Position numbers and translations under genes: made by a program | Source: Candidatus Sulfotelmatobacter sp. | Lineage (GTDB): Bacteria > Acidobacteriota > Terriglobia > Terriglobales > Acidobacteriaceae | Direction: 5' to 3' | DNA: 64,000 bases | NCBI GenBank assembly: GCA_035695545.1 | Contig: DASRRV010000019.1 | Location: forward strand, 411-64,410 | The notes under the pieces: generated by a model | The model's database searches: none | Seen by the model: only the letters and a program-made list of their open reading frames with translations | What the model was told of the DNA's origin: nothing | Shown here: positions 18,362 through 29,932 of the stretch, piece by piece | Layout of the letters: every line of letters starts with the position of its first letter | How positions within the stretch are numbered: position 1 is the first letter of the stretch

Positions 18362-18859
18362 ATGGCTGCCACTCGCACTCAGATCGGGATCGCTGTCGGT
18401 GCTGGAGTTCTGCTGGTGCTGGTGTTTCTCGGCTACCTATGGTGGCTCAGCAATCAAGGGCCGGTGCTGGCTCGCTCAGAGGATCATGATCCGCTGACTG
18501 GACTGCCGGTCACTATCAAGATGAATCCCCTGCGCGACCGTTCGACCGAAAAGGCTGCCAACAAGTTTCTGCGCGAGTTACGCGACGGGCACTGTGACGA
18601 TCTGCTATCGAAGTGGGAGCACGACTACCACAAGAAGTACGCCCGGTACATCTGCAAGTCAGAAGCCGAGCATCCGCTGCTTTCCTGGGAACTGGCGGAT
18701 TGGGAAGACGCGCCGCCGCTGATCATTCTCCACTATCGCGGCAAGCGGCCCAGCAATGCGGCTCCGAACCAGCCCGGAATTGATCAGGACCTTTTCACCC
18801 TCACCATGACCCACGAGGCCGCCGACTGGGTTGTCACCAAGTACGACGCGATGTACTAG
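18362..18859 (+). CDS. hypothetical membrane-anchored protein
   Basis: 165-aa ORF with an N-terminal TM helix IGIAVGAGVLLVLVFLGYLWWL. No family recognised. Confidence 0.5.
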   Translation: MAATRTQIGIAVGAGVLLVLVFLGYLWWLSNQGPVLARSEDHDPLTGLPVTIKMNPLRDRSTEKAANKFLRELRDGHCDDLLSKWEHDYHKKYARYICKSEAEHPLLSWELADWEDAPPLIILHYRGKRPSNAAPNQPGIDQDLFTLTMTHEAADWVVTKYDAMY

Positions 18860-18861
18860 AA

Positions 18862-18892
18862 CAGCTTTCAGCCGTCAGCCCTCAGCTATCAG
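18862..18892. repeat. CAGCY word array
   Basis: cagctttcagccgtcagccctcagctatcag after the stop of ORF 18362-18859. Confidence 0.7.
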
Positions 18893-18989
18893 TTCTTGCT
18901 TGCGGATTCCGTCCCTTGGATCCATGTGGGGACAGCCGCGCTCGGCTGCCCGGCCGGGCGAAGCCCGGCTTGCCGGTGTCTAATGAGTC

Positions 18990-19430
18990 ATGCGAGTTCG
19001 CTGGACGCTGATCCTTCCCGCGTTTGGTCTGGTCCTGTTCGGATTACTGACGTACAAGTCGATTCAATTCATGCATGGATTTCCTAACGGCGGCGGGCGC
19101 TATTTCTGGTGGTCAGGTGAGCGCCTCGACTCCGATCCGTCGGGTAAACGTCCCCAAGCTCCGATCAAGTATTCGTGCGAGGGCGGGGAAGAGAACTGCT
19201 TGCCGTTTGAGCCAGAATACATTTGGATTGATCCAGGATGGCTGGTGAGATGCTTGGTGCTTACCGCGCTGCCCGCATTCCTCGTTGGGACCGGTGTCGT
19301 TCACGGCCTGGCACGGCTCGGTGTCAGTGAGGTCATCAGTTTCATGGTCTCGATGCCGCTGCTGATCTTTGCCTGGTTCTACCTCGTCGGATGGCTTGTC
19401 GATCGACGTCTTCCGAGGAGGCCCGCGTAG
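18990..19430 (+). CDS. hypothetical membrane protein
   Basis: 146-aa ORF with about 4 hydrophobic segments. No family recognised. Confidence 0.45.
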   Translation: MRVRWTLILPAFGLVLFGLLTYKSIQFMHGFPNGGGRYFWWSGERLDSDPSGKRPQAPIKYSCEGGEENCLPFEPEYIWIDPGWLVRCLVLTALPAFLVGTGVVHGLARLGVSEVISFMVSMPLLIFAWFYLVGWLVDRRLPRRPA

Positions 19431-19487
19431 CGTTTCTTCTGCTTTACCTTCCTCCGTGACTCTGTGTCTCCGTGGTAAAACTCTTCT

Positions 19488-20705
19488 ATGCCAGCCGCTT
19501 CCCCCGATTCCCAGACATCCCCTGCGCGCAACGTCTATGCCTTCGGCGTCACTTCTTTCCTGAACGACACCGCTTCGGAGATGGCTTACTGGGTGCTCCC
19601 GGCGTTTCTAGTTTCGCTGGGAGCAGGGCCGGCGCAACTGGGACTCATCGAGGGACTGGCGGAGAGTGTCGCTTCCTTTGCAAAACTTTTCTCGGGATAT
19701 CTGACAGATCACATCGACCGCCGCAAGCCGCTGGTAGTCGCGGGATACTTCGTCGCCAATGCAGTGAAGCCTTTGCTCGCCATGGTGACCGCTTGGTGGC
19801 ACATCCTTCTGATCCGTTTTGCCGATCGCCTCGCCAAGGGAGTGCGAGGAGCGCCGCGCGATGTGATGGTGGCGGAATCCGTGGAGAAGAATCGGCTCGG
19901 CTCCGCCTACGGGCTCATTCAGTCGATGGATTCTGCCGGGGCAATCGCGGGTCCCCTGACGGCTCTCGTTTTGCTCGCGCGGTTTGGAATCAGAACTGTT
20001 TTTTTGGCGGCGGCAGTTCCAGGTGCGCTGGCCGTGCTGGTTGCATTGTTTGCCATCCGTGAAACCGGACGCCGCTCGCCCCATGAGGCCGATGCCAAGA
20101 CAACGAAGCCGCTCGCGGCCGCGCCGGTTCTCGCGGCTAACGGGCTGTCCGGTGCGTTCTACATGGTTCTGATTGCCGTGACGCTGTTCTCGGTGGGAAA
20201 TTCGAGCGACATGTTCCTGGTAATGCGAGCGCAGAACGTTGGCATTCCGGTGGCGCTGGCACCTCTGTTGGGGCTGGTCTTCAATATTACCTATACGTTG
20301 GGATCGTGGCCTGCAGGCCGGTTCAGCGATCACTTCTCGCGGCGATGGATTGCTGCCTCCGGATATCTCATCTTTGCCGGGGTCTATTTTGTATTCGGGC
20401 GCGCGCCATCAACCCTCGCCATCTGGATCGCAATGGCAATTTACGGTTTGTTCTATGCTCTGACCCAGCCGGTGCTGAAAGCATTGGTGGTCGAAACGGT
20501 GGCGCGGGAAGTGCGCGGTCGGGCGCTGGGGATCTATTTCTTTGCGACCAGCGTGGCTACTCTGGCTGCCAGTCTCATCACCGGTCAATTGTGGAAGCGG
20601 TATGGAGCGAGCGCAGCGTTTTATCTTTCGGCCGGGTTCGCGGTCGCATCGGCGGCTCTGCTTCTTTTCGCGGAAACGGTCCGTCCGCGTCGGCAGAAGG
20701 TTTAG
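19488..20705 (+). CDS. MFS transporter
   Basis: 405 aa with about 12 TM segments. Has the MFS-like loop motif LTDHIDRRKPLV and FADRLAKGVRGAPRD. Confidence 0.85.
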   Translation: MPAASPDSQTSPARNVYAFGVTSFLNDTASEMAYWVLPAFLVSLGAGPAQLGLIEGLAESVASFAKLFSGYLTDHIDRRKPLVVAGYFVANAVKPLLAMVTAWWHILLIRFADRLAKGVRGAPRDVMVAESVEKNRLGSAYGLIQSMDSAGAIAGPLTALVLLARFGIRTVFLAAAVPGALAVLVALFAIRETGRRSPHEADAKTTKPLAAAPVLAANGLSGAFYMVLIAVTLFSVGNSSDMFLVMRAQNVGIPVALAPLLGLVFNITYTLGSWPAGRFSDHFSRRWIAASGYLIFAGVYFVFGRAPSTLAIWIAMAIYGLFYALTQPVLKALVVETVAREVRGRALGIYFFATSVATLAASLITGQLWKRYGASAAFYLSAGFAVASAALLLFAETVRPRRQKV

Positions 20706-21004
20706 GCATGCGTGCCTGAACGGGTCCGGGTCTTCGCGGAAGTCTTCACAGCCTCTGCACTTCGCCCTGCTGTTTCGACTTTGAGCGGCGCCAGCGGTCG
20801 AATGGTCCGCGTCACTTTCGCGAGATAGCAGTCCGCGTGCACGGCATCCCCGTTTTCGTCAGTCTTGCACCGTTCAAGTTCGACAGGACATTCACAAATT
20901 GCACAGGAGATGCGTGGTGGACGGCGCATCAGAGATTCTCTCTCCGCGATTTTTTTTGCCACCGTGACTGGAACCAGTTCAAAGTGCGCTTTCGCATTTG
21001 CCAT
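20702..21004 (-). CDS. hypothetical small Cys-containing protein
   Basis: 100-aa ORF with CAICECPVELERC...HADC, a possible zinc-binding pattern. Convergent with the MFS gene. Confidence 0.4.
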   Translation of the reverse strand: MANAKAHFELVPVTVAKKIAERESLMRRPPRISCAICECPVELERCKTDENGDAVHADCYLAKVTRTIRPLAPLKVETAGRSAEAVKTSAKTRTRSGTHA

Positions 21005-21205
21005 TCGGATCCCTCTTTCTGAAGACCGTAGAAGAAAACTAGCAGGTGGCGATTCATACGGGTGATTTCTTTAGGGCGAGCATGACAGATAGTCGTGCGC
21101 AACCAGTCGTCAAGTAAACGATTGTTGTGACCGCCGTTTGCGCGGAGCCGACGCGGCGGACACGGTCGTCAATTCAAGGTCAAATATGCGCGTGGATTGT
21201 TATAC

Positions 21206-21234
21206 TTGCACGAAATAATGCGCTATGATACGAT
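21206..21234 (+). promoter_or_regulatory. possible sigma70-like promoter (TTGCAC-17 nt-TACGAT) overlapping the palindrome CGCTAT-N7-ATAGCG
   Basis: Read by eye in an AT-richer spacer 50 nt upstream of ORF 21284. No experimental support. Confidence 0.25.
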
Positions 21235-21283
21235 AGCGTTACGTTAGTTTAACGTCATTCAATCACCCGAAGGAGATTTTGGA

Positions 21284-21571
21284 ATGAATGCCCGGCGCGG
21301 CAATCTGCCCATGAACTTCAAGACTATGTCGGTGCCCGACGTTCCGCAGGGACGAAACGGGAAGCACAAGGAAATCGTCACCAGGATTCTTTCCGACCTG
21401 GATCAGGTACAGGAAGGCCTGGCGCTGAAGGTGCCTCTGGCCGACCTGGCGGAAAGCAAGGAGAACGTGCGCTCGGCACTTAATCGAGCCACCCGGAAGG
21501 CAGGGCGCGGCGTCGTTACTGCCAGTGACGAGCACTTTTTGTATGTGTGGAATGAACAACTCGAGACTTAG
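21284..21571 (+). CDS. hypothetical protein
   Basis: 95-aa ORF with GGAG 8 nt upstream of the ATG. No family recognised. Confidence 0.45.
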   Translation: MNARRGNLPMNFKTMSVPDVPQGRNGKHKEIVTRILSDLDQVQEGLALKVPLADLAESKENVRSALNRATRKAGRGVVTASDEHFLYVWNEQLET

Positions 21572-21666
21572 GCGAAGTCAGCTGAGTAAAACGACGGAAC
21601 GATGGACAAGATGGTGAATGCTTCCCGTCCGCGCGCAGGACGCGGCGAACGGGAAACATTCCGGCA

Positions 21667-23838
21667 TTAGAGGGAGGCGCTGCCCCCTGTTTCAGGTTCC
21701 GGCTGCGCCGTGCCCTTCTTGATGGCATCGTCCAAGAGATCCCTCATCTGCCGCACAGCCTGCTGAGCGAGTTCTCCCTGCTGGCGTCCGAGTTCGCCTT
21801 GCTGCGCGCCGAGCTTCCCTTGCTTTTCTCCCAGGGCGCCCATCTCTTCTCCCAGCTTCCCTTGCTGATCACCGGCGTGCGATTGAATCTCACCAATTTT
21901 GCTTTGTAGTTCGCCAATTTCCGACTGAATCCTGCCGACCTGTTCGACCGTTGCTCCGGAAGACAGTTGTTTCAATTCTGCTTTCAGTTTGTCGATCTCG
22001 GCCGACATGTCTGGAACTTTTACCGTAATCTGCTCCATTTTTGCGCCGAGTTCTTCTTGTTGCTTTCCCAGAGCTTCCTGTTGTTTGCCCAACTCTTCCT
22101 GTTTCTTGCCCAACTCCTCTTGAGGAAGCCAGAGCTTTCGGGCGTTGTCGACCGTAGCCTGGTCACGAATGATGTAGGATTTCTCGTCGCGCTGGAACCA
22201 GATGAAGTCCCCCGAGATAGTTTTCTTGAGCTTATCTACATGCCGGATATCTTCCGTCGAGCCCGACATGGTGTAGGAGTCGGATTTGCCGGAGACGATT
22301 ACGAACCGTTGTTCATCGTCATAGCCGTGTGCGTAGGAGAAGCCGCCTCTGTGGGACGATCCTGAGCCGCTCGCTTGAGCTCCCCAAATGGCAGGCGGCG
22401 GCACTGCGGCGCGCGGAGCCCCGGGGGCCGCTGGAGGGATCACCATGTACCCACCCTTCGAAACGACGCCCGCGATCGGCCCTCGCCCGCGCGGGGGCGC
22501 CATCGGCCCCGGTGCTACCGGTGCGAGAACGGGCACGGGGTAACCGTCGGTTGACGACGGAGGAGCCGCTTCGGGCGCCGGACCAGGGGTTGCGGGTGAA
22601 GCACTTTGCGCCTGCGGAGGCGTCTGCGCTTGCACGCCATCCAGATGGGGGCGCGGGACCTGGCCAGCCGGGCGAACGGCAGCGGCGAGATAGACGACCG
22701 GAATTGCGAGAGCGATGATTGCGACGGCGATGGATTTCTTCAGACTCATAGTGACGGCTCCTCTCCAATCGAGAATTCTTTCCAGTCTTTGTTCCGCCTG
22801 ACCTGCCTTGGCCATCGAAACGCCCTGCCACCACACACGTCCTGGCGCGGCCTGCAACGCTTCGAAGAATCCCAACAAGGTCCTGGCATAAGCGTGACGG
22901 TCGGCGCCGCACGATAACGCAGCTTCGTCACTGGCTTGCTCGGCCAGGTCTGCGAGATGCCGGTCAAGCCACCAGGCGAGTGGGCTGAACCAGAAGATCG
23001 CGCGATGCAGCAGGGAAAGGCGTTGCGTTAGAGCGTCGCGGCGGGCGACGTGCGAAATCTCGTGCGCGACGACGGCATCAAGCTTGGCGTCGTCCCATTC
23101 CGGCCAACTCGCAGGGAGCAAAATCGTAGAACGAATAGCACCCATCGTGACCGGCACGGAAATCAACTCGGATTCGGCAGCCCCTGGGAGGAGGGCAAGC
23201 CTGCACGCACGTGCACGCGCAGCCAGCCGTTGAGTCACTCGTGGATCTTCGATCTTCTCTGACGCTTTCCTGAGACGGCGGCCGAAAACCAGCCCAACGA
23301 CAAAGCGCACCAGCAGCAGCAGGGTTACTGTGAGATAGAGGCCGGTCACGACAGCGCTCCATGAAATCGAAGGCCACTCGGAAGACGCGACGACAGGCTT
23401 GGCGGTGGGCGTGGATGTCTCGCGCACCAGAGACTTGGGAGAAGGCGGATGGATAGCTTCGGGAGACGACGTCATTGTTGCCGTCTCGCGCACGACATAG
23501 TGCCGAGCGGCAGATACTTCTTTCGACCGCGACGGAATTGCAGCAGAGATATCCGTTCGCGAATCGTGCGTCAGCTCGGGTGCAGATTGCGCATCTGCAA
23601 ACTGAAGAAAGGCTGGAGTGGGAACTGCCAGTGGTGGCAGCATCCGTCCGAGCAGTGGCATAGCCAACGCAGCATAGAGAACCGCAGTCCAGGTAAACAG
23701 GCGTAAGGAGGTAGTCCGGACCCGAAACGCAGCTAATGCCAGCGCAGCACCGGCAGCCAGTAAGAGAGCGCGCGCGGCCGGGTTCGCGAGTTCGGACAGA
23801 AGGGTTGCGGACGCTTGGATGGCCACGGTTTGCGTCAT
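21667..23838 (-). CDS. BlaR1/M56-family membrane metalloprotease-sensor with Pro-rich linker and C-terminal heptad-repeat coiled coil
   Basis: 723 aa with HEISHVARRD (HExxH) after N-terminal TM helices. The ATGA overlap with the upstream blaI-like gene is the typical BlaI-BlaR1 arrangement. Confidence 0.85.
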   Translation of the reverse strand: MTQTVAIQASATLLSELANPAARALLLAAGAALALAAFRVRTTSLRLFTWTAVLYAALAMPLLGRMLPPLAVPTPAFLQFADAQSAPELTHDSRTDISAAIPSRSKEVSAARHYVVRETATMTSSPEAIHPPSPKSLVRETSTPTAKPVVASSEWPSISWSAVVTGLYLTVTLLLLVRFVVGLVFGRRLRKASEKIEDPRVTQRLAARARACRLALLPGAAESELISVPVTMGAIRSTILLPASWPEWDDAKLDAVVAHEISHVARRDALTQRLSLLHRAIFWFSPLAWWLDRHLADLAEQASDEAALSCGADRHAYARTLLGFFEALQAAPGRVWWQGVSMAKAGQAEQRLERILDWRGAVTMSLKKSIAVAIIALAIPVVYLAAAVRPAGQVPRPHLDGVQAQTPPQAQSASPATPGPAPEAAPPSSTDGYPVPVLAPVAPGPMAPPRGRGPIAGVVSKGGYMVIPPAAPGAPRAAVPPPAIWGAQASGSGSSHRGGFSYAHGYDDEQRFVIVSGKSDSYTMSGSTEDIRHVDKLKKTISGDFIWFQRDEKSYIIRDQATVDNARKLWLPQEELGKKQEELGKQQEALGKQQEELGAKMEQITVKVPDMSAEIDKLKAELKQLSSGATVEQVGRIQSEIGELQSKIGEIQSHAGDQQGKLGEEMGALGEKQGKLGAQQGELGRQQGELAQQAVRQMRDLLDDAIKKGTAQPEPETGGSASL

Positions 23839-24275
23839 GGCTTTCCTTCCTTTTCTGGAGCTTTCTTTTCAGCGGTTGTTCTTTCGGCCGTGCTTCGGTC
23901 GGCGATCTTGCGCGCCAGGCGTTCCAGTTGTTTGCGGTCGAGGACGGCGTTGTCGACCATGCCGAGGAGCAGTTGCTCGGCCGAGCCACCGCAGAAGCGG
24001 TCGATGATGCCCTTCACGGCGCGGACGGCCACGTTTTGCCGCGCGTCAGAGGCCCGGTAAATGAAGGTGCGGCCGTCGACCTCGTGAGTGAGGTAGCCTT
24101 TTTCCTCGAGGCGCCGCAGTACCGTGCGAATGGTGGAGTCCTTCATGGGGCGCGATGACGCCAGCGCTTCGCGACAGGCTTCGGAGGTCGATGGACCGTG
24201 TGTCCAGATGTAGTCCATAACGGCTTGCTCAACTTCTCCCAAGCTCTTTAGACGGACTTGCCTTGTGTTAGTCAT
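23835..24275 (-). CDS. BlaI/MecI/CopY-family transcriptional repressor
   Basis: LGEVEQAVMDYIWTHGPSTSEACREAL...TIRTVLRRLEEKGYLTHEVDGRTFIYRA is a winged-helix BlaI-like sequence. I prefer ATG 24275 to the ORF-track start at 24332. Confidence 0.9.
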   Translation of the reverse strand: MTNTRQVRLKSLGEVEQAVMDYIWTHGPSTSEACREALASSRPMKDSTIRTVLRRLEEKGYLTHEVDGRTFIYRASDARQNVAVRAVKGIIDRFCGGSAEQLLLGMVDNAVLDRKQLERLARKIADRSTAERTTAEKKAPEKEGKP

Positions 24276-24281
24276 TGTAGC

Positions 24282-24296
24282 GTTACAATATGTAAC
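24282..24296. promoter_or_regulatory. candidate BlaI operator, perfect palindrome GTTACA-ATA-TGTAAC
   Basis: Lies 7 nt upstream of the blaI-like start. It overlaps a second palindrome, ATTGTA-GCGT-TACAAT (24274-24289). A TACA/TGTA core is the known BlaI/MecI operator signature. Confidence 0.6.
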
Positions 24297-24351
24297 AGAC
24301 GACAAAAAGCCTGTCAAGCAGAAAGCAGACAAGTCCTGGCGGTTCCTGGCG

Positions 24352-24939
24352 CTATGACGGCGGTCTAAGGGAAAGACGTTCGGATGAGGTGGAGGGTATC
24401 AACAGAAAACACTTTATCCAGAGGAACACCAAGATCTGCGCGGCGAGGCCCGCGCAAGTGTCGAGAACCACGTCCTCCCAGCGCCCGGTTCGAGAAGGCA
24501 GAAAGCTCTGGTGCCATTCATCGAGACTGGCGACTAGCGCAGTTCCCAGAATTGCGAGGTTCGTCCAGCGGATGGTCCATTTCGGATTCCCAAGCGCGGG
24601 CAGCGACTCACGCCAGGCGCGGAACAGCAGAATGCTCAGCAGGCCGTATCCGAAAACATGGCCACCCTTGCGGATGAAGAAATGCCAGTGCTCGAAGTGG
24701 CGGTGATCGACGCCGAAGAGAAAGTGCAGAAGAGGATAAAGAAATCGGCTGGTGTTGCCAGCCGAGAGGAACGAACTCGATTCGATGGCAATAACGATCA
24801 GCCACAGGATCGCGGCGATCCAGGCCTTAAGAACATGGTGGCGGTCGGAGGAACTCAAGCGGGCGAATTCCTGCTCGAGAGTGCGACAGCGAGACGCCCC
24901 TTCGACAAGCTCAGGGCCGGCCCTCGCGACGGAAGGCAA
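24352..24939 (-). CDS. VanZ-like family membrane protein (start uncertain)
   Basis: DEWHQSFLPSRTGRWEDVVLDTCAG matches the VanZ-like motif, and there are 4 TM segments. The N-terminal 30 codons read through a REP-like element, so the true start is probably further downstream. Confidence 0.65.
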   Translation of the reverse strand: MPSVARAGPELVEGASRCRTLEQEFARLSSSDRHHVLKAWIAAILWLIVIAIESSSFLSAGNTSRFLYPLLHFLFGVDHRHFEHWHFFIRKGGHVFGYGLLSILLFRAWRESLPALGNPKWTIRWTNLAILGTALVASLDEWHQSFLPSRTGRWEDVVLDTCAGLAAQILVFLWIKCFLLIPSTSSERLSLRPPS

Positions 24940-24969
24940 GATGCCGGCGCTACGCGGTCGCGCCGCGGC

Positions 24970-26514
<1,545 letters not shown>

Positions 26515-26806
26515 TCATTCTAGAGACGGCTAGGGGATTGAGGCAAATGGTCTGAAGAAGTTGAGCAGAAATCTCTCCAATCAACCGCTCGTGACAATTG
26601 TCTTCTGGCCGAGCCGTTCTCTGAAAAAAAAATGGAAATAGACTCTGCGCCGGGCTGGCCCAAGGGAGAATTGCCGAATGGGGAATAGCCAGCCTGGAAA
26701 CGCCGAGGAAAACGCAGCGGGGGGAAGGCATAGCGGATCGGTCAAGTCGGGGGATGGAGTTCTGGATACCGCGTCCCCCATCGACGATTGGCATTGCGAA
26801 AAGAAG

Positions 26807-27490
26807 TTAGGAAGCAGCTGAGGCCGTTTGTGCCGGCTGGCTGTGGCAGCAGTCGTGTCTTGCTCTTTTGGGAAAATTCCAATAGACGAGTATCTCGTCC
26901 GGAAACTCTTTAAGAACCCGCTCTAACGCTTCGGCGACAGTCCCATTGTCCCCGGAGGCGGAGAAGTGCGGCGGCCCAAGAGGTGGCAACCCGCAGCCGG
27001 CTCCTATCCCTACACCGCTTCCCATACCTATCACTGCGATGTTGTGGCTATTCAAATAACCGGAGACTTCGGGCGCCTGCAGAATGAGCATCAGCGCACG
27101 ATTTGCACTATAGATACCGTGGAAGCAATCGTCCTCAAACGTAAGGTGACTGATTCGGATATCGAGGATGTCCGCAGGAACCCTCTTCTGTCGCATTAAG
27201 AAAGTTCCGTTTGTACTCTGGCTTACCGCCATCCCAGGGAGGTTGGCGACTATTTTGCGAAGGTTCTGAAGAGGAGAATTCTCATTCGTCGTTCCTGTTC
27301 GGAACTGGGGGAGGCCGGGAAGGCGCATAGGGTAATACCCTTGCGAGACCTCGAGAAAGCCAGAACGATGATCCTGAGAGATAACTTCAAAAATAGGGCT
27401 GAGTTCCTCTCCCCAATAGTGTGGCTCCTGCGAGTAGGCCGCACTCAGCAGTCCAACGACTATAAACGACGTTAGTGTGCTTCGAAGCAT
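26807..27490 (-). CDS. hypothetical secreted protein, AT-richer than its neighbours
   Basis: I prefer ATG 27490, which gives the signal-peptide-like MLRSTLTSFIVVGLLSAAYSQEP. The ORF-track start is 27679. No family recognised. Confidence 0.5.
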   Translation of the reverse strand: MLRSTLTSFIVVGLLSAAYSQEPHYWGEELSPIFEVISQDHRSGFLEVSQGYYPMRLPGLPQFRTGTTNENSPLQNLRKIVANLPGMAVSQSTNGTFLMRQKRVPADILDIRISHLTFEDDCFHGIYSANRALMLILQAPEVSGYLNSHNIAVIGMGSGVGIGAGCGLPPLGPPHFSASGDNGTVAEALERVLKEFPDEILVYWNFPKRARHDCCHSQPAQTASAAS

Positions 27491-27734
27491 GGAACTCAGA
27501 ACAGTATAGTTTGAGTAAAGGACTTGTTTTGGCCGAGCCGTGAACTTGCAACCGATCTTGAGTCGCGTTGAACCGTTTCCCGCCCGTTTGTCTTTTTCCC
27601 CTCCACGGGCGTATATTAAGTAACTGAGAACTGCTGTGTACCGGCATTTGGCGAAGCACACCAGTGGGCGCAAGCCCACTTTTTAGTTTGGGCCCATCGG
27701 TGATTGCAGCCAAAGCTCGTAAGTTACTGGATTC

Positions 27735-28253
27735 ATGGCGCTTGACGTTGATCGTGTGCGGGAAATCGCGGAGCGGGTGGCTGTCTCCAGCGGGCTCGAA
27801 GTGGTGGAAGTCGAGATCCTCGGCGGCGGCAAGGCTCGCATGCTGCGGGTGTTTTTGGATAAGCCCGCGGCGGGAATTGATCCGCCTGCAGGTGTAACGC
27901 ACGAAGATTGCGCGAACTTCAGCCGCGAGTTTGGCACGATTCTCGATGTTGAAGATGTGATGCCAGGTTCGTACACGCTGGAAGTTTCGTCACCCGGGTT
28001 GGATCGAAAGTTGATCAAGGCTGCGGATTTCAGCCGCTTCACCGGCAGCCGAGTGAAATTGACGACCCGGCAACCGGTGGGCAATAACCGCCACTTTGAA
28101 GGACGGCTCGAAAGTTTTCAGGACGGCCGACTGACGCTCGACTTGAGTGTGGCCAGCCACAAGTCGCGCAAGAAGATGGGCGCCGCGGCCGGCGAGAAGA
28201 TTGAAATCGAATTCGCCAATATAGAAAAGGCGAACTTAGTTCCCGAACTGTAA
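27735..28253 (+). CDS. rimP: ribosome maturation factor RimP
   Basis: 172 aa, LEVSSPGLDRKL motif, lies upstream of nusA. Confidence 0.9.
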   Translation: MALDVDRVREIAERVAVSSGLEVVEVEILGGGKARMLRVFLDKPAAGIDPPAGVTHEDCANFSREFGTILDVEDVMPGSYTLEVSSPGLDRKLIKAADFSRFTGSRVKLTTRQPVGNNRHFEGRLESFQDGRLTLDLSVASHKSRKKMGAAAGEKIEIEFANIEKANLVPEL

Positions 28254-28325
28254 GTTTCGATGTTTCAAGCTGTCAAAGTTTCAAAAGACCTTGAAACTTT
28301 GAAACCTTGAAACTTTGAAACCTTG
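28254..28325. repeat. GTTTCAAR word-array hairpin
   Basis: gtttcgatgtttcaagctgtcaaagtttcaaaag a ccttgaaactttgaaaccttgaaactttgaaaccttg. Lies in the rimP-nusA spacer and ends 6 nt before the nusA ATG. Confidence 0.92.
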
Positions 28326-28331
28326 ATTCTT

Positions 28332-29828
28332 ATGGCAAGCGAGCTCTACAACACGATCGACGCACTCAGCCGGGAAAAAGGCATTGATCCGCAAATTGTA
28401 GTCAGCGCGGTGGAAGACGCCATTGTTATGGCCACCCGCAAGTACTACAAGTCGCAGGAAAATCTGCGGGCCAAGCTCGACAAGGAAACCGGCAAGATCA
28501 ACGCCTTTGCCGTCAAGGCCGTGGTGGAGACTCCGGAGCAGGTGGAAGATCCCAATCTGCAAATCACGGTGGAAGACGCGCGCAAGGTTGACCCGGCACT
28601 CGAGGTCGGCGGGGAGTTGCTGATTCCAAAAGTCACCGAAGGAATTCTGGGCCGCATCGCCGCTCAATTGGCGAAGCAGGTGATTTTTCAGAAAGTGCGC
28701 GAGGCTGAACGCGACACGGTTTACAACGAGTACATCGGACGCGTCGGAGAAATCCTCAACGCGACGGTGAAGCGTGTCGAAGGGCCGGACGTGATTTTCG
28801 ATATCGGCAAAGCCGAAGCCCGTATGCCGCGCAAGGAACAATCGCGGCTCGAGTCGTTTGCCATTGGCGAACGCGTGCGGGTGGTGATTGCTCGCGTCGA
28901 GCGCGCGGCCAAGGGGCCGGGCGTAGTGGTTTCACGCGCAGCTCCGGATCTTGTACAGCATCTGTTCCAGACCGAAGTTCCGGAAATCTACGACGGCACC
29001 GTCGTAATCCGCGCCATTGCCCGCGAAGCCGGTGAGCGCACCAAGATTGCGGTCATGTCGAAAGACAAGGACGTGGACGCGGTCGGCGCGTGCGTCGGCA
29101 TGAAGGGTATGCGTGTGCAGTCGATCATCCGCGAGCTGCGCGGAGAGAAGATCGACATCATCGAGTATCACGAAGATGCAGTCACCTTCGCCGAGAAAGC
29201 ACTGCAACCCGCCAAGGTCAGCCGTGTGACCGTGGTCGATAGCTCGGAGAAGCATCTCGAAGTCGTCGTCGATGACAGCCAGCTTTCTCTCGCGATTGGC
29301 AAGAAGGGGCAGAACGTCCGGCTGGCGGCGAAGTTGCTCGGCTGGAAGATCGACATCAAGAGCGAGGAAGAGAAGCGCCAGGAAGTCGAGCAGCAGATGG
29401 CTGCCATGGCGCCTCCCGCAACGACCCCGCTCGAAAGCGTTACCGGACTTGGCGAAGGGCTAGTCGAAAAGCTTACCGCCGCCGGTGTAACTACCGTCGA
29501 GGCCTTGGCGGATATGACGCCGGAGCAGCTCGAGGCCATCGAAGGCATCGGGCCGAAGACGGTGGAAAAAATCAGCCTCGCGGTGAATAATTACTTCGCC
29601 AGCCTCGATGCGGGCGCCGCTGAAGCGGAAGTTCCGGCTGAAGCTGCGGTCGCAGAGGGCGAGGCAGTACCTGAAGAATCTGCGCTGGAAGCTGGCTCGG
29701 AAGCAGCGGAAGGCGAAGTTGCCGCAGAAGCCGCGGCACCTGAGGGGACGGCGGAAGCCGAATCAACCTCGGATGATAAGGAAGCGCATGGGCCAGAACA
29801 CGGCTCCGCTCCCGAAAAAACTGAATAG
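28332..29828 (+). CDS. nusA: transcription termination/antitermination factor NusA (acidic C-terminal tail)
   Basis: S1 and KH domains plus a HhH region. [18 protein letters not shown] is a typical N-terminus. Confidence 0.97.
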   Translation: MASELYNTIDALSREKGIDPQIVVSAVEDAIVMATRKYYKSQENLRAKLDKETGKINAFAVKAVVETPEQVEDPNLQITVEDARKVDPALEVGGELLIPKVTEGILGRIAAQLAKQVIFQKVREAERDTVYNEYIGRVGEILNATVKRVEGPDVIFDIGKAEARMPRKEQSRLESFAIGERVRVVIARVERAAKGPGVVVSRAAPDLVQHLFQTEVPEIYDGTVVIRAIAREAGERTKIAVMSKDKDVDAVGACVGMKGMRVQSIIRELRGEKIDIIEYHEDAVTFAEKALQPAKVSRVTVVDSSEKHLEVVVDDSQLSLAIGKKGQNVRLAAKLLGWKIDIKSEEEKRQEVEQQMAAMAPPATTPLESVTGLGEGLVEKLTAAGVTTVEALADMTPEQLEAIEGIGPKTVEKISLAVNNYFASLDAGAAEAEVPAEAAVAEGEAVPEESALEAGSEAAEGEVAAEAAAPEGTAEAESTSDDKEAHGPEHGSAPEKTE

Positions 29829-29932
29829 TCATGGCACGCGCGGACACCCTCGATGGCGTGCGAGTGCAGGACGCTGACTCCGTGAGGTTGCAATGAAGAC
29901 CTAAGCACAACGCGGAGTACAAGAAAGGCCGG

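Noticed and set aside
18928-18976. A GC-rich hairpin element (ggggacagccgcgctcggctgcccggccgggcgaagcccggcttgccgg), and a similar single-copy element at 24890-24958, considered as members of a dispersed repeat family.
   Set aside because: Each occurs only once in this window. My impression that they resemble dispersed soil-bacterial repeats is from memory and cannot be supported from this sequence alone, so they are not listed as features.
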